Assembly (NCBI GenBank): GCA_965197525.1 | Contig: OZ240211.1 | Location: forward strand, 1,920,001 to 1,984,000 | Source: Nitrosopumilus sp. | GTDB lineage: Archaea > Thermoproteota > Nitrososphaeria > Nitrososphaerales > Nitrosopumilaceae | Length of the DNA: 64,000 bases | Direction: 5' to 3' | In this document: piece by piece, positions 41,147-51,602 of the stretch | Layout of the letters: each line of letters begins with the position of its first letter | Numbering within the stretch: position 1 is the first letter of the stretch | Program-made: the position numbers and the translations under genes | The notes under the pieces: model-generated | Database searches by the model: none | Seen by the model: only the letters and a program-made list of their open reading frames with translations | What the model was told of the DNA's origin: nothing

Positions 41147-41232
41147 AATTTCTCTAATTTTTTAAACTAAATCAACCTTTCTTAATTTTCTCTCAGAAAA
41201 GGGTTAAATTAGAACATATACGAACCAAATTT

Positions 41233-41526
41233 GTGAAGATCATTACTATAGGCAACAAATCTTTTGTAACTAGCTTTCAGTTGGCTGGCATACCTGGAAA
41301 AATCTTCGAGGATCCTCAGGAGGCTTTAGGCGAAATTAAAACATTGACTGACGATGATAATGTAGGTCTAGTTTTGGTGAGTGATGATATTACAGAATCA
41401 ATTAGTGACGAATTAACTTTGCTTCGTTCCCAGAAATCTACTCTGGTATTTGCCCTGCCTGCAACAGGAAGTGAAAAAACCGAGGTTGACTATAGGGCAA
41501 TGCTCAAGAAAATTCTTGGTGTATAA
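41233..41526 (+). CDS. atpF: A/V-type ATP synthase subunit F
   Basis: MKIITIGNKSFVTSFQLAGI...VGLVLVSD...LP; 97 aa. Confidence 0.8.
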   Translation: MKIITIGNKSFVTSFQLAGIPGKIFEDPQEALGEIKTLTDDDNVGLVLVSDDITESISDELTLLRSQKSTLVFALPATGSEKTEVDYRAMLKKILGV

Positions 41527-41802
41527 TCTCTCTGCTTCGTGCCCAGAAATCTCGTTATTATATCACGTTTTACAGATTGACGTTGATAGACATGATTTTT
41601 TGTTATACTGGTGTGGGCAGTAATATGAGGATATCGATTGGCATAGTGGATACTAGTGGCAATTTGTAGTAAACACCATTCTTAATTGATACATATGTCT
41701 GGCGTTATTTTTTAGATTCAGCTATTATGATATGTATCTATAACAACAATCCTTCTTTAGGGTCCGTTACATGATGATGACTGTTTTACATTGATTCTAT
41801 TA

Positions 41803-42777
41803 TTACTCTAATCCTTTGTTAGTTCCAATCACTTCATAGCTGGAAAAATCATACGCAATTTTGTAGACCTGCTGGAATCCTTCAGAAGAATAGCCTCCAA
41901 CATACAAGTATCTATTCTCAGAATCTGCTGCAATACTTGAAACAGTCAGATCAATTCTTTGCATGTCTTCCCATGATTCCCCCAAGTCATCTGACCTCAC
42001 TATTCCAAATGTCTCTACTGATGCAAACAATGTGCCTCCTTCATCAAATGCCAACGCAAAAACACCCATTCCCTTATATCCATCAAGAAGTTCCCATGTC
42101 TCTCCTCCATCAGCTGACTTGAATATTCCTTTTCCAGTTCCTGCAAAAATTAACTGTGATTCATCAGGAGATATTGCAAGTGCAGAAACATACTCTGGAT
42201 ACACTAATGACTCCCATGTCTCTCCCCCATCAACTGTTTTAAATAAGCCTCTTGCTGCACTATCAAAACCAATTATAATTTTAGGATCATGTTTGCTTAC
42301 TGCCATTGCATGAAAGTCCACTGGAGGTTCTATTACATTTGACACAAGCTCCCACGTAATTCCTCCATCATTACTTTTAATCAATCCAGTGTTTCCTCCA
42401 GTTGCTGGATGACCGCTTGCATACAGTGGGGCCCCTGAAACGTATGGTGCACTAAATGCCATATAGTCAGCACGTATCTTGTCTACCTTTACCGGAGGTT
42501 TGCCGTCAATACTCTGGTAAAAGTCACCATGGGATGCAATATACACAATTGAACGATTATCAGGATCAAATCCTAAACCGTGAACATGACGCCAATCAAT
42601 TATTTTAGAATCATTAGATTTTGTGTTATCATCATTTGTAGTAGGATCTACAAACATAGATGAGCTAGATAGCAGTAATGCTACAACAACAACAGCAACA
42701 ACAACTATGGCAATCACTATACCACTCACAGGACGTTTGCCTCTGTTAGGATTATCATCTTTAGATTGCCTTGTCAT
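41803..42777 (-). CDS. Membrane-anchored BNR/beta-propeller protein (F510_1955-like)
   Basis: HVHGLG, DYMAF, SGHP, SNDGGITW / TVDGGETW / SADGGETW Asp-boxes, VDFHAM. Confidence 0.78.
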   Translation of the reverse strand: MTRQSKDDNPNRGKRPVSGIVIAIVVVAVVVVALLLSSSSMFVDPTTNDDNTKSNDSKIIDWRHVHGLGFDPDNRSIVYIASHGDFYQSIDGKPPVKVDKIRADYMAFSAPYVSGAPLYASGHPATGGNTGLIKSNDGGITWELVSNVIEPPVDFHAMAVSKHDPKIIIGFDSAARGLFKTVDGGETWESLVYPEYVSALAISPDESQLIFAGTGKGIFKSADGGETWELLDGYKGMGVFALAFDEGGTLFASVETFGIVRSDDLGESWEDMQRIDLTVSSIAADSENRYLYVGGYSSEGFQQVYKIAYDFSSYEVIGTNKGLE

Positions 42778-42881
42778 AATCTAACCATCAACTTGATCTA
42801 TTGTTACAATTATTTTTAGAGTGTCATATCTTAAACCTATCAGAATTCTCCATTTTTGATCATCGTTATGATTTTGCACAC

Positions 42882-43691
42882 TCATAGTTTTAACTCTGAT
42901 TCAGATATAAAGCTGTTGAATACGGATTTTATTTCGCCAGCATCTATGTCAATTTCTTTGGAAACCCGTTCAAGATCATAGTCACTGAATGCTGCTAGTA
43001 CCTTGTTAATTTTATCTTGAGTAATTAACAAGGCGACAGATTTTTGCAAATGTTTTATGTTTGTATCGGTATGCCAAATTAATGCATAAATATCTGCAAT
43101 ATCTTTGATCCTTTTGTGATCTTTTGTTCTTTTTAAAACCCAATTTAGTTTTGTCGCAAGCATTAATTCGGGATTTGGAAGTAGAACCTTTACACCAAAT
43201 GCAGTAATAGTCTTGTATAGTTTTTTTTCAAAAATTTGAGTAATCATGGGTTCATCTGCAGGAGTGACTCCCAATACATTGTGTATTTTGTCCGGTACTC
43301 GATTTACCATTAAATCCACATAAAAATGAAATAAATTATACGTAGGTATTCGCTTACTTTCTTCTTCAGTTAAAGGTTTCATTGCTTCGTGGTGATATAT
43401 CTGAACCATTCTAAAACCTTGAGGAGTAAACCCTATTTTTTTCAGCGCAATTATTGACTTGTTAAACAATGATTTTTTTAACGAGTTTTCATCTTCTTGA
43501 ATGCTAAAATAAAATCCCAGATCAATGTCTTTTGAGCCATGATATTCTCTTCCGTGCATTTTTTTAAAATTTTTATTTACCAGTAAGAAAACAGCCCATC
43601 CACCCAAAAGACATAATGGGCTAGGGATGCTGACTGCAACTGTTGACAGATTGGTTTTTGATATGTTGATCTCATGCTCACTATACAGCAT
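42882..43691 (-). CDS. AbiEii-like nucleotidyltransferase (putative type IV toxin)
   Basis: LLGGWAV...GSKDIDL, LATKL, RIKDIADI. Confidence 0.7.
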   Translation of the reverse strand: MLYSEHEINISKTNLSTVAVSIPSPLCLLGGWAVFLLVNKNFKKMHGREYHGSKDIDLGFYFSIQEDENSLKKSLFNKSIIALKKIGFTPQGFRMVQIYHHEAMKPLTEEESKRIPTYNLFHFYVDLMVNRVPDKIHNVLGVTPADEPMITQIFEKKLYKTITAFGVKVLLPNPELMLATKLNWVLKRTKDHKRIKDIADIYALIWHTDTNIKHLQKSVALLITQDKINKVLAAFSDYDLERVSKEIDIDAGEIKSVFNSFISESELKL

Positions 43692-44295
43692 TCATTATCA
43701 CCTTATTCATCAACATTTCACCAGATTCTACACACACTCCGCCTTCGTTGTACAAGTCAAGAATTATTTGTGGAATCGAAGATATGCGTAGTCCATCTCT
43801 CTCAAACGAGTTATAGAATGCATGTTCGTTGGAGATTATGATTCTGGTATTTCCTTTACCTACTAGGCCGTTCTTTGCCAATAGTCTGTGCCATTGGATT
43901 TTTTCGTCAGGTTTTATATGAAAGTCAATTCTAGAAGGGAATAGATAATTTTGAACTAAATTTTCTGCATAATATGTTGTCAATGCATACTCTAGTTTTG
44001 TTTCTCGTAATACTTTTATCGGATTTTTAATTAGATAACTAGTACTCTTGTATGGCGGCTCCCACTTCATCCATAGTTCAAGCAAGGGTTGAAACTTTAA
44101 AATTCGTGTTCCATGTATAATTTTTTGTTTCTCGAGTGTTTTTAAAACCTGATGTGTCCATGGATACTTGTTTTCAGAGAGCTTGGCAATTCGGTATTTG
44201 GTCAGATGGCCTTCAGGATGGTTCAATAGTACTCGTATCAACCTTGATTTGATGGCACTCTTTCTTTCACTGTTTACAAACGTATTATTTTTCAT
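43681..44295 (-). CDS. wHTH plus AbiEi-like protein (putative type IV antitoxin)
   Basis: N-terminal HTH (LTKYRIAKLS); C-terminal SIPQIILDLYNEGG; overlaps the nucleotidyltransferase start. Confidence 0.62.
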   Translation of the reverse strand: MKNNTFVNSERKSAIKSRLIRVLLNHPEGHLTKYRIAKLSENKYPWTHQVLKTLEKQKIIHGTRILKFQPLLELWMKWEPPYKSTSYLIKNPIKVLRETKLEYALTTYYAENLVQNYLFPSRIDFHIKPDEKIQWHRLLAKNGLVGKGNTRIIISNEHAFYNSFERDGLRISSIPQIILDLYNEGGVCVESGEMLMNKVIMNAV

Positions 44296-45008
44296 TAAAT
44301 ACTCTACATAGAATGATATATCATTTTTATTTAAATATATTGGAGATTAATGATATATGCTCATATTTCAAGTCAATCCAAAACGTAAAATCTGAAAAGA
44401 GGTCCATGTATGTTCCCATCTGAGATGCAAAACTAGAGCAGTTTATTATAAGGAAAGACATACCGCAGATGCATAACCTGACACCGAATCTTGGCAATGA
44501 CATGGGCCATTCTAATGAAACCGATCAAATCCGTGTACTTTTTGGTGCAAGAGGTTAAGGGATTACACGAACAAGAAGTGTAACCTGCAAGACAAAGCAA
44601 GAGTCACAGTGAAATTTATCAATGCCAGTTAGGATGAAAAGCATGATCCACTGCATACTGATCCAAGAATCAATCAAGATTCCAGGACGTACGTTTACAT
44701 CTGTATTTAGTAAGATCAAGTCACGGAGTCCAGAATACTGTACTTTTATTATTTCATGATACTGTACAATGAATAGATAATCGTCAGGACAATGCTTTCT
44801 GACGGTACTGAAAGACAGAGTGACGTGGCCATGCTTGCATTTAAGATGCAGTTGGAATCACGTCCGGTGCGCTAGCCCAAACCGCCTACCTGACATCAGA
44901 TTTAGAACACGTTTCGCTAGCTGTAATTATATTAAATCAAATCTTCTTACGGCTGTCAACAAAATACTGTACTCTATCTACTTATAACCAAATTTCTAAT
45001 GCTCTACC

Positions 45009-46037
45009 ATGAAAACCGCATCCGTTACCGAACCATCTGTTATCAAAGTCAATGAAACACAGCTACCCAAGTTGGGAACGCATGATATCTTGGTACAGAT
45101 GCAAGCATGTGGAATCTGTGGCTCTGACTTGGAAAAAGTTTTCGGGCAGTATGGACAACCATCAATGCGTTTGGGTCATGAGCCGTCTGGAATTATTTTA
45201 GATGTTGGCTCTAGTGTAACTGAATTTCAAATAGGTGATAGAGTGTTTACTCATCACCACGTTCCTTGTTATGATTGTCATTTGTGTAATCATGGAAATC
45301 AAACAATGTGTAAAAAATATTATGATACAAATCTACTACCTTGCGGTTTATCTGAAGAGTATATTGTTCCTGCATGGAATGTTTTACATGGAGGTGTCTT
45401 GAAAATATCTGATTCCACTAGTTATCACGAAGCAGCAATGATAGAACCGTTAGCTTGTTGTGTCAGATCATGGACTAAACTCTCTTACAACGAAGGTGAT
45501 TCGGTAGCCATTTTTGGTGTAGGTCCTACTGGTATGATGCATGTGATGTTGGCACATATCAATAAATTTTCAAAAATTTTCTGCTTTGATGTCAATAATT
45601 TTCGATTGAACTTTGCCAAAAAATACAATATAACTGATTCAATTAATTCTACTGATAAACTCAGAAGACAAAAGGTTTTGGACGGTACTAGCAATCAGGG
45701 TGTTGATATAGCAATAGTTGCCACAAGTAATCTTACAGCACTAGCTGATGCACTAGACATGGTTCGTAAAGGCGGTACTGTGATGATGTTTGGTGTTCCC
45801 TCAAAGGGAGCAAAATTAGATCTTGACATGAGTACAGTTTACTCAAAAGAGATAACCCTCGTTACAAGTTATGCTGCATCAGATTCGGATACCCAAGAGG
45901 CACTACGTCTTATTGAATCCTCTCAGATTGACGTCAAGAGTTTGATTACTCACACGTATACCCTTCATGATTCTCAGAAAGCATTTGACCATGCACGTAG
46001 TGGCGATAATGCCATGAAAATTATCATTACCAAATAA
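45009..46037 (+). CDS. Zinc-dependent alcohol/polyol dehydrogenase (MDR family)
   Basis: CGICGSD, GHE, CYDCHLC...C, IFGVGPTG. Confidence 0.9.
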   Translation: MKTASVTEPSVIKVNETQLPKLGTHDILVQMQACGICGSDLEKVFGQYGQPSMRLGHEPSGIILDVGSSVTEFQIGDRVFTHHHVPCYDCHLCNHGNQTMCKKYYDTNLLPCGLSEEYIVPAWNVLHGGVLKISDSTSYHEAAMIEPLACCVRSWTKLSYNEGDSVAIFGVGPTGMMHVMLAHINKFSKIFCFDVNNFRLNFAKKYNITDSINSTDKLRRQKVLDGTSNQGVDIAIVATSNLTALADALDMVRKGGTVMMFGVPSKGAKLDLDMSTVYSKEITLVTSYAASDSDTQEALRLIESSQIDVKSLITHTYTLHDSQKAFDHARSGDNAMKIIITK

Positions 46038-46658
46038 TACACTTCAATATTCTTGTATTTTTGATGTTTCACACTGTTCTAATATTTAGTATCTACATAG
46101 TAGATTACTGTACTATACAAGACAATGGAACAATCACTCTTGTTTTCAGACAAAGCAATTGAATAATAAAATATCCAAAACGTAACGATTCAGATTCTCT
46201 TAAATTGAGGCAATGCCTACTCGTTTTGATCCATATTAGATCAAGTATGCCAGTGTATTTTAGCAGTATTTTTTAATTGTGGTATTTAGAAAGATGATCC
46301 GTGAATTAATTTGTTGCATAACTCCGAATCTCAGGCACGAAATGCCTGTTCTTCAGCAACCGTCTAGGCACGTTTGAGTGGGTTGTGCAACAAACTACCA
46401 CCCTGCTCATGTTTTTATACGACTATCCCCCATATATTATGAGGGGCTAGAATCGGAAATACTCAATACCGATCTGGGCTTCGAGTCCTTCAGTGAAGTA
46501 ACGTCAAGTTACCAATCCTTGATGCCTCTCACACCCTGCTGTATTCCCTGAATGCACTGGTGTACTTTAGGACAGTTTATGCACTTGATTCAATAGACTA
46601 TGCTCTGTGATCAGACTCCAAATTTCTGATATAATTTTACATTGGATCGGACATTAAG

Positions 46659-46800
46659 AGGCACCGAATCGCTAGAGGGCGATCCGGCGACCTTTTCCCT
46701 TGTCTTGACCTCTCCTGCCGTGAGTTCAGGGGTTCAACATGTTGACCCCTGTCAGGGAGATCCATCTTACCCACTTTCGTGCTTGTTACGTGACGTTTGT
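46659..46800 (-). ncRNA. Candidate structured non-coding element (family not identified)
   Basis: Long hairpins at 46659-46693 and 46707-46762; + strand A-C mismatches become G-U pairs on the - strand. Confidence 0.3.
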
Positions 46801-46835
46801 AGGTTCTGAGCAAAATTTTAGTTTAACGGCTTTAA

Positions 46836-47280
46836 CAGTTAGTTCAGAAGTAGATGAAATCTAGACACTTGTCAGATGTAGAATCTGTAGCAGATCACAT
46901 GTTTAACACTAAGACGAAGATCATTTTATACGATCATGCGCAATCTGAATGTCAGAACAGTATAGTGTGTCACATACGATTCTCACAGGAGGTAAAAAAG
47001 CGTGCAGATATGAATTGCGGGTTGGGAGATGCTTCCCTGGTTGTTAGATGATGCAATAAAATCAACGTATGTGTCCACGTGGTTTGAGAAAATTTTTGGA
47101 TTCAGGCACAAATTTAACACACTATGCGAACATCTCTTATTTTTCTAGGCACAACATAAACACATACTTTTAAAATAATTGAATAATTGCTAAATATTTT
47201 AGTGATCTGTGCCGCTAGTGACAATCTTCATAATACTTGCATACAATCATCCGATATTCCAGTTACTTCTGAGCTAACTG
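46836..47280. mobile_element. Non-autonomous ISH3 derivative (MITE-like, 445 bp)
   Basis: Both termini match the element at 6639-8505 (CAGTTAGTTCAGAAGTA ... TACTTCTGAGCTAACTG); no transposase; no clear target duplication. Confidence 0.8.
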
Positions 47281-47762
47281 TAATGATACACACTATTTTA
47301 TGGAACAGCAGATGTGAAGAACCGCCGCCTGGGGTCTCTCTTACAGGTTCCAAAAATGTCACTTGTCGTGACATCGCCACTACCGTGTCATATCTACAAT
47401 AACCCGCGAGACTGTCTACTATAGCACCGAATTCAAACACTGCATTTGATTTCTATCGTCGCTTCCTGAGATACATCAACAGACCTATGGAAACGCCTCC
47501 CAACTTGCAATTCACATCTGCACGCCTTGAATTTTGATTTTATTGCGTTATCTAACAACTATGGCAAGCCTCCCAACCTGCAATTCATATCTGCACATTT
47601 TTTTGCCTCCTGTGAGAATCGTATGTGGCACACTATACTGCTCTGACATTCAGATGGCGCATAATCGTATAGAATGATATTCATCTTAGTTTTAAACATG
47701 TGATCTGCTACAGATTCTCTATCTGACAGGGGTCTAGATTTCATCTATTTCTGAGCTAACTG
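47281..47762. mobile_element. Inverted ISH3 remnants: transposase C-terminus fragment plus a second terminal segment
   Basis: EEPPPGVSLTGSKNVTCRDIATTVSYLQ matches the transposase C-terminus; ends in TTCTGAGCTAACTG at 47762. Confidence 0.8.
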
Positions 47763-47831
47763 CTTTCTCCAAAATCCAAATAAGAAACGCTTAAGAAAGG
47801 CATATCTTGTTTTCAATAATACTGAAGCATT

Positions 47832-49130
47832 ATGGATTGGGGTCTCAAAAACAGGATTTCTAGTATAATTAAACCACAAGACCGTCGTGCGTTGATGCTA
47901 GCAGTAGATCATGGGTATTTCTTGGGCCCAACTGAAAAATTAGAAAATCCTCGCAAAGTAATCAAACCGCTTTTAGAGTATTGTGACTCTTTAATGCTTA
48001 CACGAGGTGTCCAGAGAACATCAGTATCTCCAAACACTGACACTCCTATGGTGTTACGCGTATCCGGAGGTTCTAGTATTATAGGTGATGATCTCTCTCA
48101 GGAGGATATTACCGTGTCAGTCGAGGATGCAATTAGATTAAACGCTAGTGCCCTTGCAATGTCCATCTTTGTTGGCTCAAAATACGAATATCAAACTATT
48201 ACAAATCTTGGAAAATTAGTTAATGAAGCAAACAAGTACGGCTTGCCTGTTCTAGCAGTTACTGCAGTTGGAAAGGAACTTGGTAAAGATGCCCGTTATC
48301 TTTCATTGGCGTGTAGAATAGCCGCAGAACAAGGTGCACATATTGTTAAAACCTACTATTGTGACGATTTTGAAAAAGTCGTTCAATCATGCCCCGTGCC
48401 TATAATAGTTGCAGGAGGCAAGAAGATTCCAGAGCGCAATGCATTACAACTAACATACAACGCAATCAAAGGTGGGGCAGTAGGTGTCGACATGGGTAGA
48501 AACATTTGGCAGTCAGAACATCCAGTATCCATGATTCGAGCAGTCCGAGCAATCGTTCATGAGAATCTAAATGTTGATCAGGCTTTCAAACTGTACAAAA
48601 ATTTAGTCAGTAAAGAACCAAAAAATATTGGAAATACTCTGAATCAAAACAAATCAAACAAGTTTAAACAAAACAAACCAAAACCTCAGCCAAAATCAAT
48701 TACAAACAAACCAAAACCAACCACAAACAAACCAAAACCTCAGCCAAAACCAAAACCAACCACTGAAAAAGCTAGCACAGACAAACCAACCACTGAAAAA
48801 GCTAGCACAGACAAACCAACCACTGAAAAAGCTAGCACAGACAAACCAACCACTGAAAAAGCTAGCACAGACAAACCAACCACTGAAAAAGCTAGCACAG
48901 ACAAACCAACCACTGAAAAAGCTAGCACAGACAAACCAACCACTGAAAAAGCTAGCACAGACAAACCAACCACTGAAAAAGCTAGCACAGACAAACCAAC
49001 CACTGAAAAAGCTAGCACAGACAAACCAACCACTGAAAAAGCTAGCACAGACAAACCAACCACTGAAAAAGCTAGCACAGACAAACCAACCACTGAAAAA
49101 GCTAGCACAGACAAACCAACTTTAGACTAA
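47832..49130 (+). CDS. lsrF: LsrF-type class I aldolase/thiolase with long repetitive C-terminal tail
   Basis: MDWGLKNRIS...AVDHGYFLGP, GAHIVKTYY, AGGKK, GVDMGRNIWQ. Confidence 0.88.
   Translation: MDWGLKNRISSIIKPQDRRALMLAVDHGYFLGPTEKLENPRKVIKPLLEYCDSLMLTRGVQRTSVSPNTDTPMVLRVSGGSSIIGDDLSQEDITVSVEDAIRLNASALAMSIFVGSKYEYQTITNLGKLVNEANKYGLPVLAVTAVGKELGKDARYLSLACRIAAEQGAHIVKTYYCDDFEKVVQSCPVPIIVAGGKKIPERNALQLTYNAIKGGAVGVDMGRNIWQSEHPVSMIRAVRAIVHENLNVDQAFKLYKNLVSKEPKNIGNTLNQNKSNKFKQNKPKPQPKSITNKPKPTTNKPKPQPKPKPTTEKASTDKPTTEKASTDKPTTEKASTDKPTTEKASTDKPTTEKASTDKPTTEKASTDKPTTEKASTDKPTTEKASTDKPTTEKASTDKPTTEKASTDKPTTEKASTDKPTTEKASTDKPTLD
48751..49120 (+). repeat. 30-bp coding tandem repeat (KPTTEKASTD x12)
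   Basis: ACAAACCAACCACTGAAAAAGCTAGCACAG units; only the first unit's 5' end differs. Confidence 0.97.
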
Positions 49131-49190
49131 ACGTAATCAAACTGATTTAGACAAATTAACTAAGCAAACCAAATACATACATACATAATC

Positions 49191-49595
49191 TCATCTATCA
49201 ATCTTTGATAGATGAATATGCGCAATTTTCCATGTTGGCTGTTTTACTAGTACAAACGTTGCCCGTCCCATAATTGTCATATGTTCGCCGGTGTATGCTT
49301 TGTTATCAACTAGCATTCCTTTTTGAATCAATTCCAATGCCACAACTGCTGTATCTCCAAATAAGCTGATTTTTGGATTTTTTATCTCATATGAATAATC
49401 TGATATACTTATGAATCGCAACTCTTCAAGTTCTATTGTAGTTTTGTAATCTTTGAGATCGTATGGTGGCAGATCACTAAAACTCGAGAATTTAGGATCG
49501 TTTAGATGAATATCTTTTAATCTTGATAGATCTTTTGTTATTCCTGCTTGAAATAGCGTCTCTACAACACTTATGATCTCTGATTTATCGCTCAA
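49191..49595 (-). CDS. NTF2/SnoaL-like protein
   Basis: FGDTAVV...RATFVLVK..TWKIAHIHLS. Confidence 0.8.
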   Translation of the reverse strand: MSDKSEIISVVETLFQAGITKDLSRLKDIHLNDPKFSSFSDLPPYDLKDYKTTIELEELRFISISDYSYEIKNPKISLFGDTAVVALELIQKGMLVDNKAYTGEHMTIMGRATFVLVKQPTWKIAHIHLSKIDR

Positions 49596-49886
49596 AATAC
49601 CCTGCTTCTAAATAAATAAAATATCTCTTTAAGTCTTGTGTAAATTTTGCAAATCTGATTAATTTTTGACAAAATGAAGAGATCTGCTAATTTTACAGAA
49701 TCTTTGTGTATAAATACAGGCAAAATATGATTATTCTTTAGAAAATCTTTATTAATTATCTTTTGTTAATTTTCTTGGATTACAATGAACACGGAATTAA
49801 CGCGATTACTTGATTACAACTCGTCGGTTGTTGTTGTTGTAGTTGAGCTGCTGTAAAACACACTCTAAATTTACTAGATTAAAATT

Positions 49887-51599
49887 ATGGTGATTGATTT
49901 GATTAATGAAATGGAAACTATGACAGGTGCAAAAGCCTTGATGACTGCTATGGAAAAAGAAGGCGTCAAACAGGTCTTTGGATTGCCTGGTGGTGCAAAC
50001 CTTCCCTTGTATGATGAATTTGCCAGGTGTAACATTAGACACATACTGGTAAGACATGAACAGTCAGCTGCTCACATGGCAGATGGCTTTGGCAGAGTCA
50101 GTAGGAAACCCGGCGTCTGTTTTGCCACATCAGGACCTGGCGCCACCAATATTTTGACTGGTATTGCAACAGCCCAAGCTGATTCAGCACCTATGGTTGC
50201 TGTAACAGGCCAGGTACCTGTTGATATGATTGGTAGAGATGCATTCCAAGAGAGTGATATAATCGGAATGGCAAACCCTGTAGTAAAATATGCCTTTCAG
50301 CCACGTGCAGCTGCTGAAGTTCCTGAAATGGTAAAAAAAGGCTTTTTTATCGCAGAGACCGGAAGACCCGGACCCGTATTGATTGATGTCCCAAAAGATG
50401 TACAAACAGGAGAAGCACCTATGGTATTTCCAGATGAATTCAAGATTCAGGGGTATCATCCTTGGGCGGATCCTGACATAGTAAATGTTGAAAAGGCAAT
50501 TGATATGTTACTACATGCACAAAAACCAATCATTCTAGCCGGAGGCGGTACGATCATATCGTCTGCATTTGCAGAGTTACAATCAATTGCAGAGACACTC
50601 ATGATTCCTGTAGTTACCACTTTCAAAGGCAAGGGCGCCTTTCCTGAAACCCATCCATTGTCACTAGGTCCAATAGGAATGCATGGCCACGCTGAAGCCA
50701 ACAAAATGATGACTGAGGCTGACTGTGTATTGGCAATCGGGACTAGATTCTCTGATCGGTCAGTGGGAACATTTGAGACATTTGAAAAGCGGTTGAAGAT
50801 TATTCATATGGACGTTGATCCTGCAGAAATTGGCAAAAACCAAACAGCTCAAATTGCTGTAATTGGGGATGTACGTGTAAATTTGAGAGTAATGGTAAAG
50901 ATACTTTTACAAAAGGCCATCAAAAAAACAGATGAGAGTCCTTGGCTCAAACACGTCAAAGAAACTAAATCTTACTGGAAAGAGCATTTGAAACTACACC
51001 CGGGTGAGATGGGTGCTGCCAAAATCTTGCGTAAACTTCGTGAATTACTTCCCAAAGAATCTATTGTTACTACTGAAGTAGGACAACATCAAATGTGGGC
51101 ATCACTATTCTATGATGTAATTCAACCAGGTACATTCTTTAGCTCAACTGGTCTTGGTACCATGGGTTGGGGATTCCCAGCTGCAATTGGTGCCAAAGTA
51201 GCAAGACCTGACGTCCCTGTTGTGGATATCGCAGGTGATGGGAGCTTTTCTATGACTGAGAATTCACTTGCAACTGCAGTGTTAGAGGATATTCCTGTAA
51301 TCGTATTTATTTTAAACAACTCTGTATTAGGAATGGTTGCGCAATGGCAGAGAACCTTCTATGGTAGACGAATGATTGGCGTACAGCAAGATCAATGTCC
51401 TGATTATGTTAAACTAGCTGAATCTTACGGTGCTCAAGGAATCAGGGCACAATCCATGGACGAACTTGACCAAGCAATCAGGAATGCGCTAAGCAGCGAT
51501 GTTGCCACGGTGATTGATATCCCAATTGATCCTGAAGAAGACGTGTTGCCATTTGTCGCCCCTGGAACTCCGTTGACTGAAATGGTACTACCGTCGTGA
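49887..51599 (+). CDS. ilvB: Acetolactate synthase large subunit (start may be ATG 49911 or 49920)
   Basis: FGLPGGA, RHEQ, TSGPGATN, GDGSF...LNN TPP motif. Confidence 0.95.
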   Translation: MVIDLINEMETMTGAKALMTAMEKEGVKQVFGLPGGANLPLYDEFARCNIRHILVRHEQSAAHMADGFGRVSRKPGVCFATSGPGATNILTGIATAQADSAPMVAVTGQVPVDMIGRDAFQESDIIGMANPVVKYAFQPRAAAEVPEMVKKGFFIAETGRPGPVLIDVPKDVQTGEAPMVFPDEFKIQGYHPWADPDIVNVEKAIDMLLHAQKPIILAGGGTIISSAFAELQSIAETLMIPVVTTFKGKGAFPETHPLSLGPIGMHGHAEANKMMTEADCVLAIGTRFSDRSVGTFETFEKRLKIIHMDVDPAEIGKNQTAQIAVIGDVRVNLRVMVKILLQKAIKKTDESPWLKHVKETKSYWKEHLKLHPGEMGAAKILRKLRELLPKESIVTTEVGQHQMWASLFYDVIQPGTFFSSTGLGTMGWGFPAAIGAKVARPDVPVVDIAGDGSFSMTENSLATAVLEDIPVIVFILNNSVLGMVAQWQRTFYGRRMIGVQQDQCPDYVKLAESYGAQGIRAQSMDELDQAIRNALSSDVATVIDIPIDPEEDVLPFVAPGTPLTEMVLPS

Positions 51600-51602
51600 T
51601 GA

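Noticed and set aside
48751-49120. 30-bp repeats resembling a CRISPR array
   Set aside because: Head-to-tail with no spacers, in frame within lsrF, and no cas genes in the window.
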